Shown here piece by piece: positions 38,891 through 49,215 of a stretch of DNA of 64,000 bases (its first letter is position 1; every line of letters starts with the position of its first letter). The translations under genes were made by a program, and so were the position numbers. This DNA is from Gammaproteobacteria bacterium (GTDB lineage: Bacteria > Pseudomonadota > Gammaproteobacteria > Eutrophobiales > Eutrophobiaceae). The stretch lies in NCBI GenBank assembly GCA_965116495.1, contig OZ220696.1, forward strand, positions 2,688,001 to 2,752,000, written 5' to 3'. The notes under the pieces were generated by a model. That model did no database searches and was not told the DNA's origin. It saw only the letters and a list, made by a program, of their open reading frames with translations.

Positions 38891-39951
38891 TCGGCTTCAG
38901 CCAGTTGCTTGACCAGGCGACGCATTTCAACGCCAGGCTTGTCTGACCCGACGTGTATTTCCTCGAACGCGTCCGGGTCCCGATCCAGGATAATCTGCAT
39001 ATCGGCGGTTGCGTCCATATCTTCCTGAAACGCGCCTTGCAGCATCTCTTTAATCTTTGATGTATAGGCCTTGTCCTCGATGAGATAATTCCTGCTGAAA
39101 CAGTAAAAATAGTGGCAACTGCTTTGGGTTTCGGGCGTCAGGAAGTGAGTAATATAGCTCCTGTATTTAATCTTCCCGGCGTCGTCTTTTAAATACTCCC
39201 AGCCATCATGAACCGCAGGCGAACGGAAGCTGCCGCCTTCCGACTGGGTCATTTTTTTCACCTCCTCCTGCAATGAGGGTGGGAAAAACGAAGGCGTCAC
39301 CGTATAGCCCAGATCCCTCTTGAAAGTCACTGTTTCATCAGTGACCTCCGTCTCTACACCCGCCGAAATGTATTCTTCAGCCGGGTTAAACGACGCGGCA
39401 TGCAGATAATTGAAATGTGTCAAATCCATCAGGTTCTCATGCATCAGCATATAGCTTCCCGGGCAGTGGCTGTACCCGAGGTTATAGGCATATCCCTCGT
39501 CTGTCAAAAAAGGTAATGAAGGGATCCTGGCGGGGTCCGCCGCTTCGGGATCGCCCATCCATATCCAGACAACAAGCCCTGTTTCCACGAGAGGATAGGC
39601 GCGTGTGCGGACATTGGACGGGTGCTGCTTCTGGCTGGGCACATTAATGCAAACGCCCTCGGAATTAAATTCCATCCCATGATAACCGCATATGATGTTG
39701 TCTGAGGACAGACGCCCTTTCGAAAGAGGGTAAGAGCGGTGCGGACAACGATTGCGCAATGCGACCGGTGTGCCGTCCCGTTTTCGATACATCACAACAG
39801 GCCGATTGAGTATCCAGCGCTCCTTCAGCGAATAATCAATCTCATCGCTATAGGCCGCCACGTACCAGTAGTTGTATAAAAGCGGTGTTTTGACGTTCGC
39901 AAGAAACCGATTGAACGCTTTGGCGCGCGCTTGCGCCTGGTTAGTTGACAT
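38881..39951 (-). CDS. Rieske oxygenase alpha subunit, VanA/O-demethylase-like
   Basis: [15 protein letters not shown]...[22 protein letters not shown]; start at ATG 39951. Confidence 0.9.
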   Translation of the reverse strand: MSTNQAQARAKAFNRFLANVKTPLLYNYWYVAAYSDEIDYSLKERWILNRPVVMYRKRDGTPVALRNRCPHRSYPLSKGRLSSDNIICGYHGMEFNSEGVCINVPSQKQHPSNVRTRAYPLVETGLVVWIWMGDPEAADPARIPSLPFLTDEGYAYNLGYSHCPGSYMLMHENLMDLTHFNYLHAASFNPAEEYISAGVETEVTDETVTFKRDLGYTVTPSFFPPSLQEEVKKMTQSEGGSFRSPAVHDGWEYLKDDAGKIKYRSYITHFLTPETQSSCHYFYCFSRNYLIEDKAYTSKIKEMLQGAFQEDMDATADMQIILDRDPDAFEEIHVGSDKPGVEMRRLVKQLAEAECD

Positions 39952-39967
39952 AGCAGTTAAACTTCTA

Positions 39968-41917
39968 TTAAGACATATCCAATATTTGCTTGGCTGCCCG
40001 TTCTCCTTCTTCTGCGGCCGTGTTCCACAATTGCGCACCGGTGAGTTCGGAATGGCCGAATGCGATACGGCCATGAGGCTCGCGGATGATGTCGCTGGCG
40101 GATTTTTTCCCGTCCTTGCCGTAGTAGAAGCCGGGAGGAGAAACCACGTAGGCATGTCCCCAGCGGTTGGAAACTATGCCGGCTATGTCCCGCTTCGCAT
40201 CAAAACCATAGGAAGCAAACATCTTGTTGAACTGCTCGCGGACACCTCGTTCAACAGCGGCGAACGGCAGGCTGAAGAGCTGCATTCGTGCGGCGGTAGC
40301 CTGCTGGTCTGCCGGAAGCCCGGGAATGCAGAAAGAGTTGTACATGGTCAATACGGTGGGCTTGCTCGGATCAAGCGGCATCGGCTCTTTGCCATCGATG
40401 ATCATCTGCTTGCGCAGGGTGAAGAACCAGCCATAACCTTCAAACCAGCGCACGGCAGCGGCGCCCATCCTGTCGAGGAATTTCCAGTTGCGCAGGGCAA
40501 TATTAATAGTGTGTATCGGTGCATGGTGGAAAGAGGCCATGGCTTCCCGGTGTTCCGGCGGCAGGTCTTTGCAAATGATTCTGTTTACCCACTGACCTGA
40601 AGCCATTACCACGTTTTTCGCCTTGATCCTGTGTAACTCCCCGTCCCGGTAGTAGATTACCGTAACGCTTTTCGCAGAATCGGGAGAGCCGTCGTGCATG
40701 ACACCGGCCACGGTACTGGACAGGCGGATACGGGTCGGGTGGCCGGCCCGGTCCAGTTGTTTCCAGTCGACAGGTTTAAACAGCACATCGGTGAGTGAGT
40801 TGCCGCCTTTTATGGCTTTGGGAATCATCGCCTTCACCATATGGCGGGCCACCCCCGTATTGCCGCCGGGAAAACTCGCCAGGTACAGGTATTCGGTGGG
40901 ATCTTCAAAACCTGCCTCGCGCTTGTAGGAAAGCACCCCGGGCTGGATGAATTCGTAGGCGGAATAGGCGGAGATGACATCGGCGCCTAGGCCGCATCCC
41001 ATCGCTGCCGTCTGTGGATTCAGGTAGGGTTCAACATCCCTGGACACACCCACGTGCCTGGTCAAGAACTCGCTGTAGGTCATGCTGTCCAGCCAGTGGT
41101 GCCAATCGTCCTTGACCGGGATATCCTTGTAGAGTTCCATTTGCATGTATTCGCGCTTCAGCTTGTCGGAGATGGGCGCGCCCTTGAAACCCGTATTCCA
41201 GGGATTCATAACCATGCCGTGGCCTTCATAGTAGTGAGCCTGGTCAGCCATTTCCCAGGCGACGTGCATGGGGCCGTATATCTCTTTCGGAATCTTGAGA
41301 TCGCTGTTCTTTGCCGCCTGGTACTTGAAATCCTGGGGCAGACCGAGCTTGTCCCAGTAACGGTGGTGCCAGCCAATAGGCTTGGTGCGGTTCGGCGGAA
41401 AGACCGTGCCGTTTGAGCCTTGGGGAGCCCAGAGATGGACGCCGTCCACTTCAAATTCGTTCTGCTTGGCTTCTCCGCCGAAAATAGCGTGGTTGTCCAG
41501 TATCAGCACCGAGCCCTTCGGCCGGTCTTCGTGGTAACGATATGCCGCACTCAGACCGGCGAAACCACCGCCTACAACGACAAGGTCATAGGTCTCGTTG
41601 GAATCGATGGCATCCTTGAACATCTTTTCATAGCTGCCGTTACGGACACCATGGCCGTCGTTGATGACCTCGTGGGTATTGCCGTTTGCGTTGCTGTAAT
41701 CCCCGATACCACCGGGGCCGGTCCAGTCCGGACCCACACCTGTGAGGGGTTGGGGCATGGTCTGCGCGCTGGCCCGGCCGATAAATGCAGGCGCCCTGGC
41801 GTACATCAGCGCGGCGCCGGTACCGATAAGCGAGCTGCCGATGAAATCCCGGCGGGTGATGCCGGCATCAAGACCCAGTAACTTGTCTTCGCGTTCGTTT
41901 GATTTTTTCTTGTCCAT
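39968..41917 (-). CDS. Tat-exported FAD-dependent oxidoreductase, spermidine dehydrogenase (SpdH)-like
   Basis: TRRDFIG Tat motif, DLVVVGGGFAGLSAA, FGGEAKQNEF, FPGGNTG, NRWGHAY. Confidence 0.75.
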   Translation of the reverse strand: MDKKKSNEREDKLLGLDAGITRRDFIGSSLIGTGAALMYARAPAFIGRASAQTMPQPLTGVGPDWTGPGGIGDYSNANGNTHEVINDGHGVRNGSYEKMFKDAIDSNETYDLVVVGGGFAGLSAAYRYHEDRPKGSVLILDNHAIFGGEAKQNEFEVDGVHLWAPQGSNGTVFPPNRTKPIGWHHRYWDKLGLPQDFKYQAAKNSDLKIPKEIYGPMHVAWEMADQAHYYEGHGMVMNPWNTGFKGAPISDKLKREYMQMELYKDIPVKDDWHHWLDSMTYSEFLTRHVGVSRDVEPYLNPQTAAMGCGLGADVISAYSAYEFIQPGVLSYKREAGFEDPTEYLYLASFPGGNTGVARHMVKAMIPKAIKGGNSLTDVLFKPVDWKQLDRAGHPTRIRLSSTVAGVMHDGSPDSAKSVTVIYYRDGELHRIKAKNVVMASGQWVNRIICKDLPPEHREAMASFHHAPIHTINIALRNWKFLDRMGAAAVRWFEGYGWFFTLRKQMIIDGKEPMPLDPSKPTVLTMYNSFCIPGLPADQQATAARMQLFSLPFAAVERGVREQFNKMFASYGFDAKRDIAGIVSNRWGHAYVVSPPGFYYGKDGKKSASDIIREPHGRIAFGHSELTGAQLWNTAAEEGERAAKQILDMS

Positions 41918-41953
41918 GGTAACTCCCCGCCAGGATGGAAATAAAGAAGAGTA

Positions 41954-44194
41954 TTAGAATCTATACGCCAGTGATCCTCCCACCTGGCGCGGTGGTCCGT
42001 AAACCTCCCAATCAATCCCGAATACCGCGAAGTCAAGGTTGTAAATAAGGAACTCTTCATCCAGGAGGTTTCGGGCCCAGAACGATAGTTCCCAGTCTCC
42101 AATTGCATAAGTGGTACGCGCATTGAGTAAAGCATACGACTCCTGCTTGGTCACAGGCGCGTTTGACGCTTCCATAAACTGATCGGCATTCCAGTTTCCG
42201 TCGAATTGAAGTGTTAAATTGCCTGCGGCGACATCAGTGTTGTAGCTGAGCAGCCAGTTGAAACTCACGTCCGGCGCTTGCGGCAAGTCTACATCTGTCA
42301 CACCTGACCCTGGACGAACGCCCGGAACAAAGTCAATTTCAGAGTCGATAACCGCAACGCCAAGGTTAATGTTCCAGTGTTCGTTGGGCGTGTAGGCGAG
42401 TTCTACTTCTCCACCATAGGAAGTGGCATCTGTATTGGTAATCTGGGCCGCTACATTTAACAGCGAAAACGACTGGTAATCATCATAGTCATAGTGATAA
42501 ACCGCTGCATTGAGGCGGGCCTTGCCGTCAAGCAGGGTTGATTTATAACCTAACTCGTAGGAAAGCAGGGTTTCCTCATGATGCTGGAAGTCTTCCGGAT
42601 TTACGCTATCGCTGAGCGACCAGCTACCGCCTTTGATACCCCGGTTGAAAGCGGCGTACAACAAAGTATCGCCGAACTTATAGTTGAGCTGCAAACGGCC
42701 CGCCCAATCGCCATAATCTATTTGATCATCACCGTCGTAGGGTGTTCCCGCAAGATGTACCGACGAGTCAAACACTATAGTGCCGTCCGGACAGGGTGGC
42801 GCTGTCGCTCTATTGGGATCACCCGGGCATCCGTTAGTAAAATCCAGGGTACTGGTGACAAAATCGATTTCTTTGTCATCCTCGGACCAACGAAAACCGG
42901 CAATCAATGTCAAATTGTCTGAAAAGTCAAACTCCGCTTCACCGAAAACAGACCAGTTTTTGGAATCCATATCGCCCATCTGGGGTCCGAGTCCTGTTGG
43001 GTCACCAATACTACCGACACCGCCGGATTCAAGGAAACCATCAAACTCGACATCCAGAAAATACAAGCCTGTCACCCAGCGCGTCCTGTCCGTTGAGCCG
43101 GATAGCCTCAGCTCGTGCGACCATTGCTCATAGTCGGCAATAAATACGGCCGGGAAGAAGAACAGGCCGCCACCCGCATCTTCCTTGTAGTCTTTTTCCA
43201 AATCCACATAGGCCCCCACGTACTGCAACTCCATGTCATTTGCGAATTCATGTTTTAAATTCGCGGTATAGATGGTTGCCTCGCGGTTATATCCGACATC
43301 AGGATCGGAGGAAAAATGCCTGTGCACATCCCCGGCTAAGGTATCACCCTCAGCAATACCCAAAAGGGTGGGGGGAGTGCCTGACGTGTCCGGTGTGGTG
43401 AACCTGAATACATACTGTCCGGTTCCAACGTCATTATCTTCGGTGTGTTGTATTTGCAAATCAAGCAAGGTTTTTTCCGACAGGTCAATTTGCAGATTCC
43501 CGCGTACAACAAATCCATCATTTTCACCCCCATCCCTGCCGGTAGCCGGCTGGCCCGAAAAGGGGTGATTTCCTGCCTTGATATAACCGTCGGTTTTTTG
43601 CATACGCCCTGCAATTCGGCCGCGCACCGAATCACTGAAAGCCCCACCGACAGCGCCTTCAAGCACCCTGTCATCACGTTCGCCATAAGACGCTTTAAAG
43701 TAACCGTTCCACTCATCTTCGGTTGCCTTCCTGGAGCGAAAATGGATCAGGCCACCGGTGGCGTTCCGGCCAAACAAGGTGCCTTGCGGCCCGCGCAGAA
43801 CTTCGCTAGCTGCCATGTCGAACATCTGAATATTGAGGGCATTCATGCTGCCGAGATACACATCGTCAGCATAGACGGCGACAGGCGCTTCCAGGTGATC
43901 CTGAAAGTTATTCTGTGAAATACCACGCAGATTAAAGACGGTGAAACCGGGGTTATAAGAATTCATCTGCAAACCCGGCACTTGCTGAAACAATTCCTGC
44001 GATGTGTTGAGTCCCAGAGCTTCCATCTGTTCACCGGAAAAAGCTGTCACAGAAATACCGACATCCTGTAAACTTTGTTCCCGCTTTTGTGCAGTAACAA
44101 CGACTTCTTCCAGAAGTTGGGCACTGATCTGTGGAGAAACAAAAATGGATAACAGTAACAGCAGTTGCAGATTTGTTCGGAGTTGAAATTTCAT
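41954..44194 (-). CDS. TonB-dependent receptor
   Basis: LEEVVVTAQKREQ, EVLRGPQGTLFGRNATGG, C-terminal YRF; ATG 44194 with RBS. Confidence 0.93.
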   Translation of the reverse strand: MKFQLRTNLQLLLLLSIFVSPQISAQLLEEVVVTAQKREQSLQDVGISVTAFSGEQMEALGLNTSQELFQQVPGLQMNSYNPGFTVFNLRGISQNNFQDHLEAPVAVYADDVYLGSMNALNIQMFDMAASEVLRGPQGTLFGRNATGGLIHFRSRKATEDEWNGYFKASYGERDDRVLEGAVGGAFSDSVRGRIAGRMQKTDGYIKAGNHPFSGQPATGRDGGENDGFVVRGNLQIDLSEKTLLDLQIQHTEDNDVGTGQYVFRFTTPDTSGTPPTLLGIAEGDTLAGDVHRHFSSDPDVGYNREATIYTANLKHEFANDMELQYVGAYVDLEKDYKEDAGGGLFFFPAVFIADYEQWSHELRLSGSTDRTRWVTGLYFLDVEFDGFLESGGVGSIGDPTGLGPQMGDMDSKNWSVFGEAEFDFSDNLTLIAGFRWSEDDKEIDFVTSTLDFTNGCPGDPNRATAPPCPDGTIVFDSSVHLAGTPYDGDDQIDYGDWAGRLQLNYKFGDTLLYAAFNRGIKGGSWSLSDSVNPEDFQHHEETLLSYELGYKSTLLDGKARLNAAVYHYDYDDYQSFSLLNVAAQITNTDATSYGGEVELAYTPNEHWNINLGVAVIDSEIDFVPGVRPGSGVTDVDLPQAPDVSFNWLLSYNTDVAAGNLTLQFDGNWNADQFMEASNAPVTKQESYALLNARTTYAIGDWELSFWARNLLDEEFLIYNLDFAVFGIDWEVYGPPRQVGGSLAYRF

Positions 44195-44225
44195 GTCATT
44201 TCCCCCTGGAGTTGGCTGAAAATAA

Positions 44226-44268
44226 TTGCGCATTTGCGCTAACTTCTATTTATAGTGCATATGCGCTA
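44226..44268. promoter_or_regulatory. Pair of palindromic operators (consensus TAGCGCATATGCGCTA) in a divergent promoter
   Basis: TTGCGCATTTGCGCTA (44226-44241) and TAGTGCATATGCGCTA (44253-44268). Confidence 0.55.
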
Positions 44269-44398
44269 TAATATCAAGCAAGATCGGCATGGTGTATTTA
44301 TTTGATATGTTGGAAAGAACCCGGGCGCGGTATTACCCCTCTGCTATCGGAGGGGGATGGTTGTACCGATATGTATGTAACCCGGTTGGAAGAAAATT

Positions 44399-45292
44399 AT
44401 GATTGATGGTAACGACGGCATCGAACTCTATCATTACATGGAGTCAATCTGTTCCGAACGGGTTCGAATGACCTTGTATGAAAAGAATATTGACAATTGG
44501 ACTGATCATCAAATCCACTTGTTCAAAGACGAGCAATTTGATCCCGAATATTTGAAAATCAACCCTAAGGCACAGGTGCCGACGCTCGTGCATAACGGGC
44601 ATATAGTGCGTGAATCATCGAATATCTGTACCTATATTGACGATGCCTTCCCTGGCGGAAACAAGCTGAAGCCGGACTCCCTGCAGCAACAATCCGACCT
44701 GCGGGAATGGGTGAAGCACACCGACGAAACGCTCTATCCATCTGTTTCTTCGTTAAGTTTCAGCATGGTTTTCCGTGAGCGTCTGAATGCAATGGGTGAA
44801 GAGGCGCGCGAGGCGCATTTTTCGAAGCAGCGGGATATAGAGCGGACCCATAGGCAGAGAGCTTGTGTGGCGGATGGCAATAGCTCGCCGTATGTTCTAC
44901 GCGCCGTGGTCGCATGGGAAAAAATGATGTCCGGCATTGAGGCTCGTCTTGAGATAGGTGGCCCATGGATTATGGGTGATCAATTCACGCTTGCGGAAAT
45001 TTCCATTGGGCCGTTTATCATGCGTATCCAGGATCTTCAGCTTTTGCCGATCTGGATGGAAAACAGGCCCTTGACGAAAGCTTGGTGGGCGCGCATTCAG
45101 CAACGTCCGAGCTTTGCCAAAGCTGAAGTCAGTGTCGGCGCAGAGCATGAAAAAGCATACAAGCAAGCCGGGGATAAATACGGTGCAGATATCAGAAAGC
45201 TGCGCGAGTGGTATTTAACTGATCCGATTGGCTGCGGGCGTGCCTACGATGCCCATAGATTACGCCAGTTCAATGTCGGCACAACCCGATAA
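44399..45292 (+). CDS. Glutathione S-transferase family protein (SICS motif)
   Basis: LYHYMESICSERVR, INPKAQVPTL, ESSNIC, FTLAEI. Confidence 0.9.
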   Translation: MIDGNDGIELYHYMESICSERVRMTLYEKNIDNWTDHQIHLFKDEQFDPEYLKINPKAQVPTLVHNGHIVRESSNICTYIDDAFPGGNKLKPDSLQQQSDLREWVKHTDETLYPSVSSLSFSMVFRERLNAMGEEAREAHFSKQRDIERTHRQRACVADGNSSPYVLRAVVAWEKMMSGIEARLEIGGPWIMGDQFTLAEISIGPFIMRIQDLQLLPIWMENRPLTKAWWARIQQRPSFAKAEVSVGAEHEKAYKQAGDKYGADIRKLREWYLTDPIGCGRAYDAHRLRQFNVGTTR

Positions 45293-45367
45293 TATTATTT
45301 CAGAACCCGATATTCCTGAGCATAAACCCGGACAAAATACTGCGACAAAAACCTGAGGTTAACAGAC

Positions 45368-46141
45368 ATGCCAATACGACCAACCGATGACCCTGAAATA
45401 AAATCCATGAGAGGGATCAATCTCTATCATTACAGTCAGTCCAATTGTTCCATGCGCATTCGACTGCTGCTTGAGGAAAAAGGTCTGCCCTGGACAAGTC
45501 ACTATGTTGACCTGGATACACAGGCAAACTTAACAAAAGATTATTTCAAATTACATCCCCACGGTTTAGTGCCCACTATCGTGCACGATGGGGAAATCGT
45601 CTATGAATCGTCAGACATTCTTCGTTACCTGGAAGAGAAATACCCCGAAACACCACTGATTCCTGCAGATGAAGAACAACGTAAAGAAATGGAAAAGTGG
45701 TTAGATATTACCAAGGACATACATGTTAGGGTGATCAAGGTCTGGGTCTACGGTAAGGAAAAATATACCTCCAAGACACCAGAGTCCATGAAGGAATACG
45801 AAAAAATACAACCCAGCCAGGAACTCATTGATTTTCATAAGATGACGCTGGCAGAGGGGCATATTCCCCAGGAAAAAATTGATGAGGCCGATGAAATACT
45901 CCGCAGTTACTTTTCCATGATTGAAAATAACCTGAAGAAATACCAATGGATTGCCGGTGATACGATGAGCCTTGCCGATATCGCCTGGATACCCAATTAT
46001 ACCTTGCTTAATATGTTTGGGTTTCCTTTCGAGAACTATCCCCGGGTGATGAAGTGGATCGACAAGCTTGTCAATCGGCCCAGTTATGAAGCAGCCGTCA
46101 CCAGGTGGTCTGACTATGTCCCGGCCCAGGATTCAGGGTAG
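45368..46141 (+). CDS. Glutathione S-transferase family protein (SNCS motif)
   Basis: LYHYSQSNCSMRIRL, HPHGLVPTI, ESSDI, SLADI. Confidence 0.9.
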   Translation: MPIRPTDDPEIKSMRGINLYHYSQSNCSMRIRLLLEEKGLPWTSHYVDLDTQANLTKDYFKLHPHGLVPTIVHDGEIVYESSDILRYLEEKYPETPLIPADEEQRKEMEKWLDITKDIHVRVIKVWVYGKEKYTSKTPESMKEYEKIQPSQELIDFHKMTLAEGHIPQEKIDEADEILRSYFSMIENNLKKYQWIAGDTMSLADIAWIPNYTLLNMFGFPFENYPRVMKWIDKLVNRPSYEAAVTRWSDYVPAQDSG

Positions 46142-46147
46142 TTTTCC

Positions 46148-46975
46148 ATGATAGAACTTTATTATCTCGAAGAAGCGGATTCCATCTGTTCCAACCGGCC
46201 CCGCATGACGTTCGTGGAAAAAGATATCAATGACTGGGTGCCGCGCAGGATGTCGCTTATGGATCGGGATCAGTTCAAGCCGGAGTATCTCAGGCTAAAC
46301 CCGAAAGCCCAGGTGCCTGCCCTGGTTCAGGACGGACGGGTGATTCGTGAGTCTTCCATTATCTGTGATTATATTGATGATCTGAAAACAAAACCTGCGC
46401 TGAAACCGAAAGACAAGGCCGAAGTGGCGCACATGCGCGAATGGATCAAGGAAATGGATGAAGCCGGGTACCAGGCCACGGCATCGCTTAATTTCGTCAC
46501 CAAGTTCCGGTTGACGCAGGACATAGAAAAAATGGAGGAACGCTGGAAGCAGGTTGTCGATCTGGATCGCTTGCACAGGCAGCAATCCTGTATTCGTGAA
46601 GGGATGGATTCATTATACGTGGTGCGTGCTATCGCCTTCTTCGATCGAATCCTGGGAAAGATAGACGCCGCCATGGCGGATGGCAGGCAAAGGGTCATGG
46701 GCGAACAACTGACCCTGGTTGAAACAAACTATGCCCCTTTTATCAAGGTTGTCGAACTGTTGCGTCTGATCCACCTGTTTCTGGAAGGCAGGCCCAATGC
46801 AAGCGCCTGGTGGGAACGACTGACGTCACGTCCCAGCTACGCAATACTGGACGACTATCCGGGACAACGTGAAGACGATGAACAGGTCCATGCGGTATCA
46901 GGCGCCCAGGTTGCAGACCGGGTTGCGGAAATCATTCAGGAAACCCGTTCGAGACTGACATATATCCAAGGGTAA
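46148..46975 (+). CDS. Glutathione S-transferase family protein (SICS motif)
   Basis: DSICSNRPR, LNPKAQVPAL, ESSIICDYID. Confidence 0.88.
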   Translation: MIELYYLEEADSICSNRPRMTFVEKDINDWVPRRMSLMDRDQFKPEYLRLNPKAQVPALVQDGRVIRESSIICDYIDDLKTKPALKPKDKAEVAHMREWIKEMDEAGYQATASLNFVTKFRLTQDIEKMEERWKQVVDLDRLHRQQSCIREGMDSLYVVRAIAFFDRILGKIDAAMADGRQRVMGEQLTLVETNYAPFIKVVELLRLIHLFLEGRPNASAWWERLTSRPSYAILDDYPGQREDDEQVHAVSGAQVADRVAEIIQETRSRLTYIQG

Positions 46976-47007
46976 CCTGACCCCTTCAGGATATTGGAGA
47001 CCGCCCA

Positions 47008-49215
47008 ATGCCAAAACTTTTTTCAAGCAGGAATCGCGCCCCCCACCTCGGCCCCTATCCGCTGGAACGTCTGCCGCGATCCAACAGTGCGCCATCCACC
47101 GAAGGCCTGGCCGAGACACCGCCCTTGCGTTTACCCGCGCCGGAGAACCCCTACAGCATAGCCAATTCCTTCGCCCGGTTTTTTGAGCTCTACCGCAGGT
47201 TGCGCAACGGCGAGGTGCGCGCACAGGCAGCAAGCATCCCGTCGGACCCGGAAGAACGCCTGCGCCACCTGAAGAGCCTGAGTTATTTTCTCGATGCCAG
47301 CCAGGTTGGCGCCTGTCTTATCCCTGGGGACGCTCGGCTTGGCCGCACCGTGGGTATCGATTTCGATGTGGGCCCAGACAGTGCTTCCGGTGATCAGCAG
47401 TATATGTACTCGCCCTCAAAGAATGGGTCAGCAGACGAGGACAGCGCAACCGACTGCAGCGACCATGACTACGCGCTGGCCATATTGGTTGAATACACAC
47501 GCGATCCTTCACTGCAGGATCCACTGGCTGAGGAAATGCACGCCAGCCAGGCGGCCCGTGCAGCGGCCCGAGCGGCGGAGGTCGCCGTCGTCATTGCCAT
47601 GTACCTGCGGCGTCTTGGCTGGCCGGCCTGCGCACACATGGCGCACGCCGCTGACCTCGATACTCGATCCATCCTGCTCAATGCCGGTCTTGCGGAAATC
47701 AAAACTATCGGGGGCAGCAGGCACATAGCCAATCCTTTCCTGGGCGAACGTTTCGGTGCCGCTCTCGTATCGACCAGTCTCGAAATCGGCGTCGACCGGC
47801 CGCTGGCCGCCCGCGGACTGCTCTCCGGGCTTCTGGCGCGTCCTGCCTGGTGGTTGGGCGTTGGCGGCGCCCGTCCGGGATGGGGCCGGCTCAACGGCGC
47901 TCATAGAGGGCTTGCCGAAGGAATCTATCCTATGGAACGCATCAAGCGCGTCGATGCACCGACAACGCGTATCAATGCCGGTGATATCCAACGCCAACCA
48001 AAACGCGCCGAGTTCTTCACGCGCGCCGCGTTCGGTGACATCGGTTCCGGCGCGGAACGTGAAATGCGCCACGGCCGCTTCAGTGAAAAAGAACCCATCG
48101 GAGCGACCATGTCTGCAGTAGCTGCCGAGATGATTCCGCTGCAGTACGGAGAACCGGCAGAAGCCCATGCAAGCGGCAGTGACGACCCCAGGGCCAATGC
48201 AGTTCGCATCCGCGCGCTAAGCCATTTCCTCGGCGCCGATATCGTCGGCATAACGCCTGCCTACGAGCATACCTGGTATTCGCACCACATGGATGGCAAG
48301 CCCATCGAACCGTATCATAAGAACGCCATTGTACTGGTACTCGACCAAAGCCAGGAAACCATGTCGGGTTCCAGCGGCGACGACTGGATCAGCAATTCCC
48401 AGAGTTTCCGCGCCTACATGCGCGGCGCTTTTCTTGCCAGTGTCATTGCCGGACATATTCGAGGTTTGGGTTGGTCCGCTCGCTCGCATACCGTTTGGGA
48501 AGAAGACGTGCTGCACATTCCACTGTGTATCCACAGCGGCATCGGCGAACTCAGCCGCATCGGCGAAACAGTGCTCAATCCGTTCCTGGGGCCGCGTTTC
48601 AAGGACTCCATCGTCACCACCGACATGCCCCTGGCCGCCGACAAATATGTCGATTTCGGCTTGCAGGATTTTTGTAATCAGTGCAATAAATGCGCACGTG
48701 AGTGCCCCTGCGATGCCATCCCTTATGGCGACAAAATCCTGTTTAACGGCTATGAAATCTGGAAGCCGGACGTGCAGCGCTGTGCCAACTACCGCATCAC
48801 CAATCCGGCCGGCGCCGTTTGCGGCCGCTGTATGGCGACCTGTCCCTTCCAGGCGGAGAATACCCTGTTCAACCGGGCATTGCTGTGGGCGGGAATACAC
48901 TTGCCGTTCGCGCGGACCAGCCTGGCGAAATTCGATGACTGGCGCGGTAATGGTGAGATGAACCCGGTAAAAAAATGGTGGTGGGACCTGGAAGAGGTTG
49001 ACGGCAAACTGGCGCCGGCAAAGAAGGTGAATGCCCGGCCCTTATTCTTCAAACCCGGTGCGGCAAGGAAAAAGGAACACAAGGTCGCGGTATTTCCGCC
49101 GCACATGTCTCCGCCTGCCGACTGTAACGAGGCATTTCCCGTTGACCGAAAGGCAGGCCTTGTAGCTCAACAACAATGCGCGGCAGCGCTGCAACAGATG
49201 GAGAAAGAACAATGA
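47008..49215 (+). CDS. rdhA: Catabolic cobalamin-dependent reductive dehalogenase (NpRdhA/BhbA-type, no C-terminal reductase module)
   Basis: N-terminal HLGPYPLERL with a duplicated domain (YPMERIKRVD); SGDDWIS.SQS.RAYMRGA, GELSRIG, LNPFLGPRFK; two Fe-S motifs FCNQCNKCARECP and C...CGRCMATCP; no Tat signal. Confidence 0.88.
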   Translation: MPKLFSSRNRAPHLGPYPLERLPRSNSAPSTEGLAETPPLRLPAPENPYSIANSFARFFELYRRLRNGEVRAQAASIPSDPEERLRHLKSLSYFLDASQVGACLIPGDARLGRTVGIDFDVGPDSASGDQQYMYSPSKNGSADEDSATDCSDHDYALAILVEYTRDPSLQDPLAEEMHASQAARAAARAAEVAVVIAMYLRRLGWPACAHMAHAADLDTRSILLNAGLAEIKTIGGSRHIANPFLGERFGAALVSTSLEIGVDRPLAARGLLSGLLARPAWWLGVGGARPGWGRLNGAHRGLAEGIYPMERIKRVDAPTTRINAGDIQRQPKRAEFFTRAAFGDIGSGAEREMRHGRFSEKEPIGATMSAVAAEMIPLQYGEPAEAHASGSDDPRANAVRIRALSHFLGADIVGITPAYEHTWYSHHMDGKPIEPYHKNAIVLVLDQSQETMSGSSGDDWISNSQSFRAYMRGAFLASVIAGHIRGLGWSARSHTVWEEDVLHIPLCIHSGIGELSRIGETVLNPFLGPRFKDSIVTTDMPLAADKYVDFGLQDFCNQCNKCARECPCDAIPYGDKILFNGYEIWKPDVQRCANYRITNPAGAVCGRCMATCPFQAENTLFNRALLWAGIHLPFARTSLAKFDDWRGNGEMNPVKKWWWDLEEVDGKLAPAKKVNARPLFFKPGAARKKEHKVAVFPPHMSPPADCNEAFPVDRKAGLVAQQQCAAALQQMEKEQ

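Noticed and set aside
38881-40155. 424-aa length for the VanA-like gene
   Set aside because: The extension overlaps the upstream flavoprotein gene; the real start is more likely ATG 39951
47008-49215. Respiratory reductive dehalogenase or epoxyqueuosine reductase QueG
   Set aside because: No Tat signal or RdhB anchor; it is much longer than QueG and has the duplicated-domain NpRdhA pattern
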